DNA of 64,000 nucleotides from a virus, in the IMG/VR virus record IMGVR_UViG_3300029787_000005, positions 64,319 to 128,318 of that record. One strand, given 5' to 3'. The notes under the pieces were generated by a model that was not told the DNA's origin, did no database searches, and saw nothing but the letters and a program-made list of their open reading frames with translations. This document shows positions 29,295 through 39,100 of this stretch, in pieces. Made by a program: the position numbers and the translations under genes. Position 1 is the stretch's first letter, and every line of letters begins with the position of its first letter.

Positions 29295-29569
29295 TGGGAC
29301 TCAGCATTCAGCTACCTGGTAATACCAAACCAACACCACTACATGCTAATGGTACAGCTTTAGCAAATGTGGCATCTGGTACTATCCATTTAGCTAATAC
29401 AACAGGAACAATAAAGTTAAAGATGCCAACTAAGCTAGCAAGAAGAGTTGGAGATTTTGCTGATGTAAATAGTAGTAGTGTGAGTAACGGACAAGTACTA
29501 AGATACATATCTGCTAATGATACATTCATTACAACAGATAGAAACGATGTGGACGGAGGTAGTTTCTAG
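29294..29569 (+). CDS. Small hypothetical structural protein
   Basis: 91 aa ending in DGGSF; similar DV...NGQVLRY unit to the previous ORF. Confidence 0.5.
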   Translation: MGLSIQLPGNTKPTPLHANGTALANVASGTIHLANTTGTIKLKMPTKLARRVGDFADVNSSSVSNGQVLRYISANDTFITTDRNDVDGGSF

Positions 29570-30195
29570 TGGCCATACAAATAAAAAGAAGTGCTAATAC
29601 GGCAACACCAACTAGTTTGGAAGTTGGTGAATTAGCATGGTCAAGTAATAGTGAAGTTATATTTGTTGGTAATGGAAGTGCAGTAGTTGCAGTAGCTGGT
29701 AAAAGAGTACCAGGAACATTGACAGCTAACCAAGCTATTGTTGTTGATGCAAATAGTTTTCTAGATGAAATAAAAACTGGTGGACTAACTCTTACTACAT
29801 CAGGTACATCTAACACAAAGGTTGTAGGTATTGTTGCTAATGTTGAAGTTGCCAACACAACTACTCTTGCAACATCACAAGCTCTAAAAAATTATGTCGA
29901 TGAAAATGCTGTCACAGGAGGATCAACACAACTCAATGGTTTAACAGATGTCACCATAACAGATAGAGCTCAAAGTGATTTTATGATGGCTTCTAACACA
30001 ACTCATGTTAGAAATGTAACAACAGCTGGAGGTGTTACTGCAACTGCAAATGATACAATAGTAACATTCAACTGTGTTAATGCTTCTTCAGATTTTCTTG
30101 TTGGAGCAAACTTAACAGTCACAACAGCATTGAAAGATGGTAGTGGCAATAGATTACAAATTTTATACGCCAATGGCGACGCAGCCTGGGGGTAA
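29569..30195 (+). CDS. Fibre/whisker-like protein with tail-fibre N-terminal anchor motif
   Basis: AIQIKRS...PTSLEVGELAW...IFVGNG N-terminal motif; position just before gp13 (fibritin position in T4). Confidence 0.6.
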   Translation: MAIQIKRSANTATPTSLEVGELAWSSNSEVIFVGNGSAVVAVAGKRVPGTLTANQAIVVDANSFLDEIKTGGLTLTTSGTSNTKVVGIVANVEVANTTTLATSQALKNYVDENAVTGGSTQLNGLTDVTITDRAQSDFMMASNTTHVRNVTTAGGVTATANDTIVTFNCVNASSDFLVGANLTVTTALKDGSGNRLQILYANGDAAWG

Positions 30196-30198
30196 CAA

Positions 30199-30939
30199 AT
30201 GGCCGTACCAAGTAGTAGAAGTGCATTCAAAGAACTGTGTCTCAGACGATTGGGTAAACCAGTCATTGAGATTAATGTTGATGACGATCAAGTAGAAGAT
30301 CGTATTGATCAAGCACTAGCATATTATCAAGACTATCATTTTGATGGTGTTGAAAAAACATTTTTAAAACATGTTGTCACACAGACAGACATTGACAACC
30401 AATATATTGATATACCCAATACTACTATTGGTGTCATTAATATATTTGACATTGGTGATGCAACCAGTACCAATAACTTATTCAACATTAGATATCAAAT
30501 TGCGTTGAATGACTTGTATGATCTATCAAGATATGATCTTGTTCCTTTCTACATGAACTTTATGAACATAAGAATGATTGAAGAGATATTAGTTGGTAAA
30601 CAACCAATAAGATATAACAGACATGTAAACAAACTCCACATTGATATGGATTGGGAAAAGTTAAATGTAGGTGACTTCATTGTAGCTCATGTATACAATA
30701 AGGTTGATGGTGATACATACACAGACCTTTGGGGTGATAGATGGTTAGCTGAGTATACAACATGCTTAATAAAGTATCAATGGGGTTCAAATCTATCTAA
30801 GTTTACAGGTATGCAACTCCCTGGAGGTGTACAATTCAATGGAGCAGATATACTCTCACAGGCACAAATTGAAAAAGATAAATTAGAACAGGAGATGCTT
30901 TCATCATACTCCTTACCAGTACACGATATGACAGGTTAA
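30199..30939 (+). CDS. gp13: Neck protein gp13
   Basis: LRRLGKPVIEINVDDDQVEDRID...QWGSNLSKF.GMQLPGGV; gene order. Confidence 0.9.
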   Translation: MAVPSSRSAFKELCLRRLGKPVIEINVDDDQVEDRIDQALAYYQDYHFDGVEKTFLKHVVTQTDIDNQYIDIPNTTIGVINIFDIGDATSTNNLFNIRYQIALNDLYDLSRYDLVPFYMNFMNIRMIEEILVGKQPIRYNRHVNKLHIDMDWEKLNVGDFIVAHVYNKVDGDTYTDLWGDRWLAEYTTCLIKYQWGSNLSKFTGMQLPGGVQFNGADILSQAQIEKDKLEQEMLSSYSLPVHDMTG

Positions 30940-30940
30940 G

Positions 30941-31711
30941 ATGGTAGGTACAACAAGCCTTTATTTCAATAAGTTTGAACACTTTGGTGAACAAAACTTA
31001 ATAGCTGATCTGGTTATTGAATCCATTGCAATATATGGAATCGATGTTGGATACCTATGTAAGAAGTTTACGTCAGAAGGATACGATCAACTATACACAG
31101 AAGAAGACTTGGCTTTATTTGATAATGTAACAGATGTTGCAATGTATGTTAGAAATGTTGATGGCTTTGAAGGAGAAGGTGACTTCTTATCTAAGTTTGG
31201 TTTAGAGATAAGAGACTCAATGACATTATCTGTTGCCAGAAGATCATTTGAAAGTGAAGTAGAAGCTACACAAAACATATCAAGACCAAGAGAAGGTGAC
31301 TTGATATTCTTCCCATTGAACCAAAAATTATATGAGATCAAGTTTGTAGAACACGAACCAGTATTCTATCAAATGGGTACCTTACAATTTTACGATTGTA
31401 GAGTTGAGTTGTTTGAATATTCTAATGAAAGAATGAACACAGGCATACCTGAGATTGATGAGTTAGAAACTAAATTCTCTCTTGACATCTATGAAGAAGT
31501 ACAGATGTTGGCTGAGGATGGAGAAGCATTATTCACTGAAGATGGTTATAGACTTCTATCAGAAGAAGAGTCTGCAGAAGATGCTAGTGCAGATGATGAT
31601 AGAGATTATGATACAATTACGGATGCAGAAAATGTATTCTTGGAGTCGGAAGCTGATAGCATAATAGATTTCAGTGATGCTGATCCATTTAGTGAGGGTG
31701 GTAGGTTTTAA
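30941..31711 (+). CDS. gp14: Neck/head-closure protein gp14
   Basis: EQNLIADLVIESI...FLSKFGLEIRD...RPREGDLIFFP...FSDADPF. Confidence 0.9.
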   Translation: MVGTTSLYFNKFEHFGEQNLIADLVIESIAIYGIDVGYLCKKFTSEGYDQLYTEEDLALFDNVTDVAMYVRNVDGFEGEGDFLSKFGLEIRDSMTLSVARRSFESEVEATQNISRPREGDLIFFPLNQKLYEIKFVEHEPVFYQMGTLQFYDCRVELFEYSNERMNTGIPEIDELETKFSLDIYEEVQMLAEDGEALFTEDGYRLLSEEESAEDASADDDRDYDTITDAENVFLESEADSIIDFSDADPFSEGGRF

Positions 31712-32607
31712 TGTTTGGACATACTTTCTATCATGGTACGCTACGTAAATATATTATCATCTTTGGTACTCTATTCAATGAGATAGTTATTAACAGAACA
31801 GATAATAATGGCAATCGTGTTCAGGATATCAAAGTTCCATTAGCATATGGTCCTCGTGATAAAACAATTGCAAGACTAGAACAAGATCCTGATTTAGATA
31901 GAGAAGCAGCAATAGTTCTTCCTCGTATGTCATTTGAAATGATTGGAATGTCATATGCAACAGAGCGTAAGTTAAACACTGTACGTAGAAATGTTGCAAT
32001 ACATGATAGTAATAATAATTCTAATCTAAGAACAATGTATAACCCTGTTCCATATGATATCAATATTGAGTTGAATATATTCAGTAGATATGCTGAAGAC
32101 TCAACAAAAATACTTGAACAGATAATGCCATTCTTTACACCAGAGTTTACTGTTACAGCTGAGTTGATTCCAGAGATGGATTGGAAGATTGATATTCCAG
32201 TTGTCCTAGAAGCTGTAACTATATCAGATACTTATGAAGCAGACTTTCAACAAAGACGAGCTTTGATACACACTCTTACATTTACAGTTAAAGGACAATT
32301 GTTTGGTCCTGTGAGTAAGACTGGTGTCATTAGGAAAGCTAATACAATGTTTTATGTTGACACAACAACTAAGTTTGCTAATGTACATCCATCTAACACA
32401 GTAGTGAAGACTATTTCAACAGGCCTTTCAAATGGTACTCAATTTACACTTCACTCTCGCCAAACAATCACACCAGGCTTACTGGCTAATGGTTCACCAA
32501 CAACAAATGCATCATTAACAGTAGCCGCTTCATCGATAAAGTCAACTGATGATTATGATTATATAACTAACTTTGAGGAGTTCTTCGATGGTGATGGAAC
32601 AGGATAG
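31711..32607 (+). CDS. gp15: Tail sheath stabiliser / terminator gp15
   Basis: FYHGTLRKYIIIFGTLFN...VPLAYGP...LPRMSFE...EQIMPFFTP. Confidence 0.9.
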   Translation: MFGHTFYHGTLRKYIIIFGTLFNEIVINRTDNNGNRVQDIKVPLAYGPRDKTIARLEQDPDLDREAAIVLPRMSFEMIGMSYATERKLNTVRRNVAIHDSNNNSNLRTMYNPVPYDINIELNIFSRYAEDSTKILEQIMPFFTPEFTVTAELIPEMDWKIDIPVVLEAVTISDTYEADFQQRRALIHTLTFTVKGQLFGPVSKTGVIRKANTMFYVDTTTKFANVHPSNTVVKTISTGLSNGTQFTLHSRQTITPGLLANGSPTTNASLTVAASSIKSTDDYDYITNFEEFFDGDGTG

Positions 32608-33061
32608 ACCTTTCAATGCTCATGCTGATCCTATTGCTAATGCTTTGGACATCAGTCCTAACACTGCCCCTTTGTCACTACACTCATCTAAAGATGCACC
32701 CACCAATGTACCGGCCAGAGGAACTGAAGCGACAGAAAAAGATATAGAGTATGCTAGAGAAAATCTTTATCATCTAGCTGAAAGAGGCAGGGATGCATTA
32801 GATGGTATACTTGATCTTGCCAATCAATCTCAACATCCTAGAGCATATGAGGTTGTAGGTCAACTGATAAAAACACTAACTGATACAAACGAAAAAATTG
32901 TAGATTTGCAAGCAAAGGCAAAAGATATTTTGTCTGATCCTAAAGGTAAAGATGGACCTGACAAAGTAACAAATAATTTATTTGTTGGAACTAATGCAGA
33001 CCTTACTAAACTATTAGGCGGTAATGCAAGGAGTCAATTGTTAGATGAACCTAAAAAATGA
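32588..33061 (+). CDS. gp16: Terminase small subunit gp16
   Basis: DIEYARENLY...HPRAYEVVGQLIK...NNLFVGTNADL; exact start uncertain (32588 or 32594). Confidence 0.88.
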   Translation: MVMEQDRPFNAHADPIANALDISPNTAPLSLHSSKDAPTNVPARGTEATEKDIEYARENLYHLAERGRDALDGILDLANQSQHPRAYEVVGQLIKTLTDTNEKIVDLQAKAKDILSDPKGKDGPDKVTNNLFVGTNADLTKLLGGNARSQLLDEPKK

Positions 33062-34085
33062 GTACATTTGGCATAGCGGTGATCCGGACTACGCTGGTAA
33101 AAGTTATATAATAAACGAAAAAGGCTTTCACTGGATGCAAAGGTTTGAAAAAACCAAGATGACATTCAGAGAGGCTTGCTTCGATGCAGCGCTGAGACTA
33201 AGAGAAAGAACAAATAAAAGATTAGTGTTGCCAGTCAGTGGTGGCTGTGATAGTGCAATCATTGCATATGTTTTTGATAAGCTAAACATTGAACACGTAA
33301 AGATCAATCAAGTATATCAATTCAGACATAAAATATTGAATCATGAAGAAATACACAATCTAACTCACAACATGCCTTTTACTTGTGACTATGTTCAAAA
33401 TGTAGATGTTGTCAAATTTGTCAAGTCAGATTACTATCAAAATACATTTCAAGATATGTTTCCTTGTCCAGCATATGCTGTATCTGAAACAGAGTTAATA
33501 AATCATGAAATGATTGACCCAAAGAATGACTTCATTGTATGGGGTACTGGTGTACCTGTGATAAACAGATACGTTGAGAACTGGCCAATACAATGTTATG
33601 AACAAGGACTAAGAAGATTTAGAAGATTAGGATGCTCTGTAGTTGGAGTAGAGGATACTGAGTTCTTTGAGGACAATCCAATAATCAATGCTGCATGGTG
33701 GGATGATCCAATGAAAGAGCAATTGGATATGTGGTTTGAGAGTGGAATATACAATCACTCTTGGGATAAGATACTCAAAGCAATATACTTTGTCAAATGG
33801 TTTCCAGAATTAGATAGATGGATGTTGCCAAAGAAGAGCTCGCAAGAAGCATGGATATGGTTTGATAGAGAAGTACTTGACCATGGTACTAATCATTACT
33901 TGAATATGGGTACTGGAGAGACATACTTCTCTAGTCCATATAGAACATTCAACTCTTGCAAGACAGATGATATCTATGATATTGTCAATAATGATCGATC
34001 TATAAAAACTATAAATAACTTAAAAGGACAAATCTATTCCTATAAAGACTGGGCGGTAGAGGGTGATGATAGTAAATGGCAATAG
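33045..34085 (+). CDS. Hypothetical protein with PP-loop-like SGGxDS motif (adenine nucleotide alpha-hydrolase-like)
   Basis: LVLPVSGGCDSAII. Confidence 0.5.
   Translation: MNLKNEYIWHSGDPDYAGKSYIINEKGFHWMQRFEKTKMTFREACFDAALRLRERTNKRLVLPVSGGCDSAIIAYVFDKLNIEHVKINQVYQFRHKILNHEEIHNLTHNMPFTCDYVQNVDVVKFVKSDYYQNTFQDMFPCPAYAVSETELINHEMIDPKNDFIVWGTGVPVINRYVENWPIQCYEQGLRRFRRLGCSVVGVEDTEFFEDNPIINAAWWDDPMKEQLDMWFESGIYNHSWDKILKAIYFVKWFPELDRWMLPKKSSQEAWIWFDREVLDHGTNHYLNMGTGETYFSSPYRTFNSCKTDDIYDIVNNDRSIKTINNLKGQIYSYKDWAVEGDDSKWQ
34010..34017 (+). promoter_or_regulatory. T4-type late promoter TATAAATA
   Basis: Exact consensus upstream of the nuclease and gp17. Confidence 0.55.
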
Positions 34086-34139
34086 TATCTGTCCGGGCCA
34101 CATAGTTTATTATACACCAAAATAAGGATAAGTCAACGG

Positions 34140-34568
34140 ATGTTTGAATATAATTTTAAATTAGTTAAAGTAGTTGATGGTGATACCGTTGACATTGATA
34201 TTGATCTGGGCTTTGGTGTGTGGTTGAGAAACCAACGTATCAGAATAATGGGAATTGATACACCAGAATCAAGAACATCTGATCCAGTAGAGAAAAAGTA
34301 TGGTATGTTAGCAAAAGATCAAGTAGTTAGGTATCTTGCTAATAGTATAAAGTTCAGATCATTCAAGGATGAAAAAGGAAAGTTTGGTAGAATATTAGGT
34401 GACTTTGAAGTGTTCCATCCTACATCAAACAAATGGATGATGATGGCAGAAGCTATGATCATGGAAAACTACGGTGTTAAGTATCATGGACAATCAAAAG
34501 ATATGATAGTATCTGAACATCTTAACAACAGAACAAAGTTGAAAGAGCGTGGAATTATCCCCGAATGA
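34140..34568 (+). CDS. Thermonuclease (SNase-like) family protein
   Basis: KVVDGDTVD..IDLGF...RIMGIDTPESRT...GKFGRILG. Confidence 0.85.
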   Translation: MFEYNFKLVKVVDGDTVDIDIDLGFGVWLRNQRIRIMGIDTPESRTSDPVEKKYGMLAKDQVVRYLANSIKFRSFKDEKGKFGRILGDFEVFHPTSNKWMMMAEAMIMENYGVKYHGQSKDMIVSEHLNNRTKLKERGIIPE

Positions 34569-36201
34569 AATCTATCTAGGTAATCCCAGACTCAAAAAAG
34601 CTGGAGTTAAACTAGATTATACAGAAGAGCAAATCAATGAGCTTGTAAGATGCTCAAAGGATATTGAATACTTTTGTCGTACATATATGAAGATTGTCAA
34701 CATCGATGAAGGTGTTGTTCCTCTTGATCTATATGATTTCCAATTAGACATAATGAAATCTGTGGTTCATAATCGTTTCTCTATATGTAAGATGCCTCGA
34801 CAGTCTGGTAAGACAACAACAATGGTTGCTGTTATACTTTGGTTTATATTATTCAACGAATCATTCAACTGCGCTATTCTGGCCAACAAAGCTAGTACTG
34901 CTCGAGAGATATTGAGTAGATTGCAAATGGCATATGAATGGTTACCTCATTGGTTACAACAAGGACTAGTTGAATGGAACAAGGGTAGTCTTGAGTTAGA
35001 GAATGGTAGTAAAGTTCTTGCAAGCTCAACATCATCATCTGCCATACGAGGTGGTTCATTTTCATTAGTGTATCTTGATGAGTTTGCATTCGTAGATTCT
35101 CAGCTACAAGAAGAGTTTTTTGCATCAGTTTATCCTACCATTTCATCTGGTAGAACATCAAGAGTTATGATTACATCTACACCAAAAGGTATGAACTTGT
35201 TCTACAAGTTATGGGTAGATGCTGAAGAAGGAAGAAATGAATACGTTCCTATCCAAGTTCATTGGTCTGCTGTACCAGGTAGAGATGAAGAGTGGAAAGA
35301 ACAAACTATCAAGAACACTAGTGAAGAACAATTCAGACAAGAGTTTGAATGTGATTTTATAGGTTCATCCAATACACTTATCAATCCTAGTAAGCTAGCA
35401 GCACTGACGTTCCATGAACCAATATCACAAAATGAAAATATGAAAATATGGAAAGAGAATGAAAGAGGACATGTATATGCTATTAGTGTTGATACTTCAA
35501 GAGGTATAGGTAATGACTATAGTGCTTTTACTGTTGTCGATTGTACTACTGTACCTTACGAAATTGTTTGTACGTATAGATCCAATGTTATTGCTCCTAT
35601 GCTATATCCTAATATTATTTATGACGCTGCACGTAAGTATAACGATGCTATCGTACTTGTCGAGATTAATGATATAGGACAACAAGTTGCTGACATACTA
35701 CATCATGAGTTAGAGTACGAAGGTATATTGACAGCTGAGTGGAAAGGTAGAGCTGGTCAATTATTGACAGCTGGCTTTGGTGGTAAGGCTCAACAATTAG
35801 GTGTCAGAACAACTAAACAATTGAAAAGAGTTGGTTGCGCAGGTTTAAAAACTATTATTGAAAATGATCGTTTAAAGATCAATGATTTTGAAATCCTCAA
35901 AGAGTTGACAGCATTTGTTGTGAGAGGTCAAAGCTATGCAGCTGAAGAAGGATACAATGATGATCTGGTAATGTCATTGGTATTGTTTGCTTGGTTAACA
36001 GGTCAAGAATACTTTAAAGAAATGACTGACATAGATATAAGAAAGAACTTACTTCTAGCAAATGAAAAAGCTATAGAAGAAGAAATGTTACCATTTGGAT
36101 TCTTCCAAGATGGTATAAATGATCCAGAAGATGATATGCAAAAATATAAGTCGGACGATTGGATAACAACCACGCCTTATGAGATCGAAGGATCGTGGTG
36201 A
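34549..36201 (+). CDS. gp17: Terminase large subunit gp17
   Basis: Walker A MPRQSGKTT, Walker B YLDEFAF, ITSTPKG, nuclease DDLVMSL. Confidence 0.97.
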   Translation: MELSPNEIYLGNPRLKKAGVKLDYTEEQINELVRCSKDIEYFCRTYMKIVNIDEGVVPLDLYDFQLDIMKSVVHNRFSICKMPRQSGKTTTMVAVILWFILFNESFNCAILANKASTAREILSRLQMAYEWLPHWLQQGLVEWNKGSLELENGSKVLASSTSSSAIRGGSFSLVYLDEFAFVDSQLQEEFFASVYPTISSGRTSRVMITSTPKGMNLFYKLWVDAEEGRNEYVPIQVHWSAVPGRDEEWKEQTIKNTSEEQFRQEFECDFIGSSNTLINPSKLAALTFHEPISQNENMKIWKENERGHVYAISVDTSRGIGNDYSAFTVVDCTTVPYEIVCTYRSNVIAPMLYPNIIYDAARKYNDAIVLVEINDIGQQVADILHHELEYEGILTAEWKGRAGQLLTAGFGGKAQQLGVRTTKQLKRVGCAGLKTIIENDRLKINDFEILKELTAFVVRGQSYAAEEGYNDDLVMSLVLFAWLTGQEYFKEMTDIDIRKNLLLANEKAIEEEMLPFGFFQDGINDPEDDMQKYKSDDWITTTPYEIEGSW

Positions 36202-36213
36202 AAGCCGCTTTTT

Positions 36214-36221
36214 TATAAATA
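36214..36221 (+). promoter_or_regulatory. T4-type late promoter TATAAATA
   Basis: Intergenic, upstream of gp18. Confidence 0.8.
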
Positions 36222-36271
36222 ATGACATGCAAATCAAGCATTTCAAAACCTTAATGAAGGAGAATTAAGCC

Positions 36272-38476
36272 ATGGCATTCCAAGTAAGTCCTGGTGTAAA
36301 TGTTTCAGAAATTGACTTAACAACTATTGTACCTGCTGTTTCAACAACAGAAGGTGCATTTGCTGGTTCCCTAAAGTGGGGTCCTGCAGAAGTTGCAACT
36401 CTTATTTCATCTGAAGAAGAGTTGGTATCTAGGTTTCATAAACCAGACGGTACGTCTTTTGAATCATTTTTCACTGCTGCCAACTTCCTCGCGTATGGGA
36501 ACGCATTATACGTAAGCCGAGCTGTAGCAGCTACGGCATTGAATGCAACTGTGTTACAAAACCCTGCTACTGCAGTTAACTCAAGTAACACATCACATAC
36601 TATCATGATAAAAAATAGAGAACATTATGACAATGATGTTACAGTTCCAGCTGATAGTTCTTTCATAGCAAAGTATCCTGGTTCTCTTGGTAACTCATTA
36701 AAGATATCTATTTGTGATAGCTCTGGTGCATTCGAATCAACAGTTTCTAATAACGTATCTGGTATATCTAACGTAGCATTAAATGTTGCAGTTGGTAACA
36801 CTAGCGTTATAATTACTGCCGCTGATGTTAAAACAAGTTTCACACAAACATCTAACGTGACTGTTGCAGAGTACTTACTCGCACAGAACACAGTATCAAA
36901 TGTTGCTTCTAGCTTTGCAGTTGGAGACATCATTCGTTTAGGTAACTCTTCTATTGGAGTTCAAGAATTAGAAGTTGCTACTATTGGGTCTACATCTACT
37001 TCTGGTGCATTGCACGAAAACAACAACGACACAATCTTTTCAGCAACAGCTACCTTAACATTGAAGTCTAAGTTTACATTATCAACTGCCTTTTCACTAG
37101 ACTTAACAACACAATCTGTTACACGTAAGTGGCAATATCATAATAACTTTGATAAAGCTCCTGGTACAACATTGTGGACAAACAATGTTGCTAATAACTC
37201 TGATGCATCTGATGAGCTTCATATTATTGTTGCAGACGAAGATGGAGACATCACTGGAGTCAAAGGACAAATAATAGAAAAATTTGCTGGACTATCTCGT
37301 GCAACTGATGCAAAAGATGAGTCTGGTGAATCAATTTACTACTATAATGTAATTGATAACCAATCACAATGGGTACTTAACGGTGGTAAGAAAGTTCGAG
37401 CAGGATCTGAGACACAAAACTCTACAGCTGATTATTCTAACACTGCTGTAAATATGTCTAACTCTGCTGTTACTAATACTGTTCCTTTCACAAGATCATT
37501 TACAATTGGTCGTGATGGTGGTACAGCAAATGTAACATCTTTCCAAATTGCTGGTGACTCAGATAGTGGTGAAGCAAACATAGCAATTGGTCAATTATCT
37601 AATGCTATTGATGTATTCAAGAATGCAGAAGATATTGACATATCAATTGTAATGCAAGGTAAAGCTAGAGGTGGTACTCACGATCATCAATGGGGTAACT
37701 ATATTATTGATAACATTGCAGAGGCAAGAAAAGACTGTGTTGTAACAGTATCTCCTCCTAAGTCTGATGTTATTAATAACTTTGGTAACGAGTCTGCTAA
37801 TACAGTTGACTTTAGAAATGCTCTAACATCATCCTCATATGGTATCATGGATGGTGGATTCAAGTATCAATATGATAGATACAATGACGTATACCGATAT
37901 GTTCCATACAACGGAGACGTTGCTGGACTAATGGTTAGAACAGATACAACTAGAGACCCATGGTACTCTCCAGCTGGATTCAATAGAGGCATCATTAAGA
38001 ATGTTGTTAAGAATTCTTACAATGCTGACAAAGCTGATAGAGATGTACTGTACAAGAATGGTATTAATCCAATTACTACATTCCCAGGTCAAGGAACTAT
38101 CTTGTTTGGCGACAAGACGCTGTTAGATAAGCCTAGTGCGTTTGATAGAATTAATGTTCGAAGATTGTTCATTGTTCTTGAAAAAGCAATAGCTACAGCA
38201 GCTAAATTCACCTTGTTTGAATTCAACGACGAATTCACAAGAGCTCAGTTCAGAAATCTAGTCGAGCCTTTCCTACGGGATGTTCAAGGTCGACGTGGTA
38301 TTTTTGACTTTAAGGTTGTTTGTGACGAAACAAATAACACTGGCGAGGTGATTGATAGAAACGAGTTTGTTGGTGACATATACATCAAGCCAGCTCGATC
38401 AATTAACTTCATACAGTTAAACTTTGTTGCGGTCAGAACCAACGTTGAGTTCAGTGAAATCGTTGGACAATTCTAA
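36272..38476 (+). CDS. gp18: Tail sheath protein gp18
   Basis: SPGVNVSEIDLT...WYSPAGFNRG...FDRINVRRLF...KPARSINFIQLNF. Confidence 0.97.
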   Translation: MAFQVSPGVNVSEIDLTTIVPAVSTTEGAFAGSLKWGPAEVATLISSEEELVSRFHKPDGTSFESFFTAANFLAYGNALYVSRAVAATALNATVLQNPATAVNSSNTSHTIMIKNREHYDNDVTVPADSSFIAKYPGSLGNSLKISICDSSGAFESTVSNNVSGISNVALNVAVGNTSVIITAADVKTSFTQTSNVTVAEYLLAQNTVSNVASSFAVGDIIRLGNSSIGVQELEVATIGSTSTSGALHENNNDTIFSATATLTLKSKFTLSTAFSLDLTTQSVTRKWQYHNNFDKAPGTTLWTNNVANNSDASDELHIIVADEDGDITGVKGQIIEKFAGLSRATDAKDESGESIYYYNVIDNQSQWVLNGGKKVRAGSETQNSTADYSNTAVNMSNSAVTNTVPFTRSFTIGRDGGTANVTSFQIAGDSDSGEANIAIGQLSNAIDVFKNAEDIDISIVMQGKARGGTHDHQWGNYIIDNIAEARKDCVVTVSPPKSDVINNFGNESANTVDFRNALTSSSYGIMDGGFKYQYDRYNDVYRYVPYNGDVAGLMVRTDTTRDPWYSPAGFNRGIIKNVVKNSYNADKADRDVLYKNGINPITTFPGQGTILFGDKTLLDKPSAFDRINVRRLFIVLEKAIATAAKFTLFEFNDEFTRAQFRNLVEPFLRDVQGRRGIFDFKVVCDETNNTGEVIDRNEFVGDIYIKPARSINFIQLNFVAVRTNVEFSEIVGQF

Positions 38477-38484
38477 GCTAAATA
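38477..38484 (+). promoter_or_regulatory. Late promoter variant GCTAAATA
   Basis: Intergenic, directly upstream of gp19. Confidence 0.55.
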
Positions 38485-38507
38485 GATATAAGGAATAGGA
38501 GAGTTCA

Positions 38508-39059
38508 ATGGCCTTTAATATAAACGAAATCAGATCACAGCTAGCACTAGGTGGTGCACGCCCTGCTCTGTTTCAGGTTATCATGAACAACCCAGTCAAT
38601 CCGGCTGGGGACGCGAAGCTGCCATTTATGGCTAGAGCAGCACAGATTCCTGCATCAACAATTGGAACAATCGAAGTGGGATACTTCGGTAGAAAGATCA
38701 AGATTGCTGGTGACAGAACATTCGCAGAGTGGACTATTACGGTAGTTAATGATGAGGACTTCCTCATCAGAAACGCAATGGAAGAGTGGATGCAAAACAT
38801 CAACACTCATCTTGGTAACGTAAGGTCTTTTGGAACTTCGGCTCCAGCTCTATACAAAGAAAATGCCCAGGTTATCCAATATGCAAAAGTTGGTACACCG
38901 TTGCGCCAATATACCTTCAATGGTATGTGGCCAATTGAAGTCAGCTCAATTGACTTAGATTGGAACACAACAGATGCTATAGAAGAATTCAGTGTGACCT
39001 TCCAGTATGACTGGTGGGAAGTTGACGGAGGAACAACGGGTAACGCTGGCGGCAATTAG
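38508..39059 (+). CDS. gp19: Tail tube protein gp19
   Basis: GGARPALF...GRKIKIAGDRTFAEWTITVVNDEDF...IEEFSVTFQYDWW. Confidence 0.96.
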   Translation: MAFNINEIRSQLALGGARPALFQVIMNNPVNPAGDAKLPFMARAAQIPASTIGTIEVGYFGRKIKIAGDRTFAEWTITVVNDEDFLIRNAMEEWMQNINTHLGNVRSFGTSAPALYKENAQVIQYAKVGTPLRQYTFNGMWPIEVSSIDLDWNTTDAIEEFSVTFQYDWWEVDGGTTGNAGGN

Positions 39060-39100
39060 ATGAATAATCTAACTACATAATGTGAAAGTGATATAATTAC

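Noticed and set aside
33045-34085. QueC candidate completing the preQ0 pathway
   Set aside because: Has SGGxDS but not near the N-terminus, lacks the QueC C-terminal Cys zinc cluster, and lies about 20 kb from the que genes
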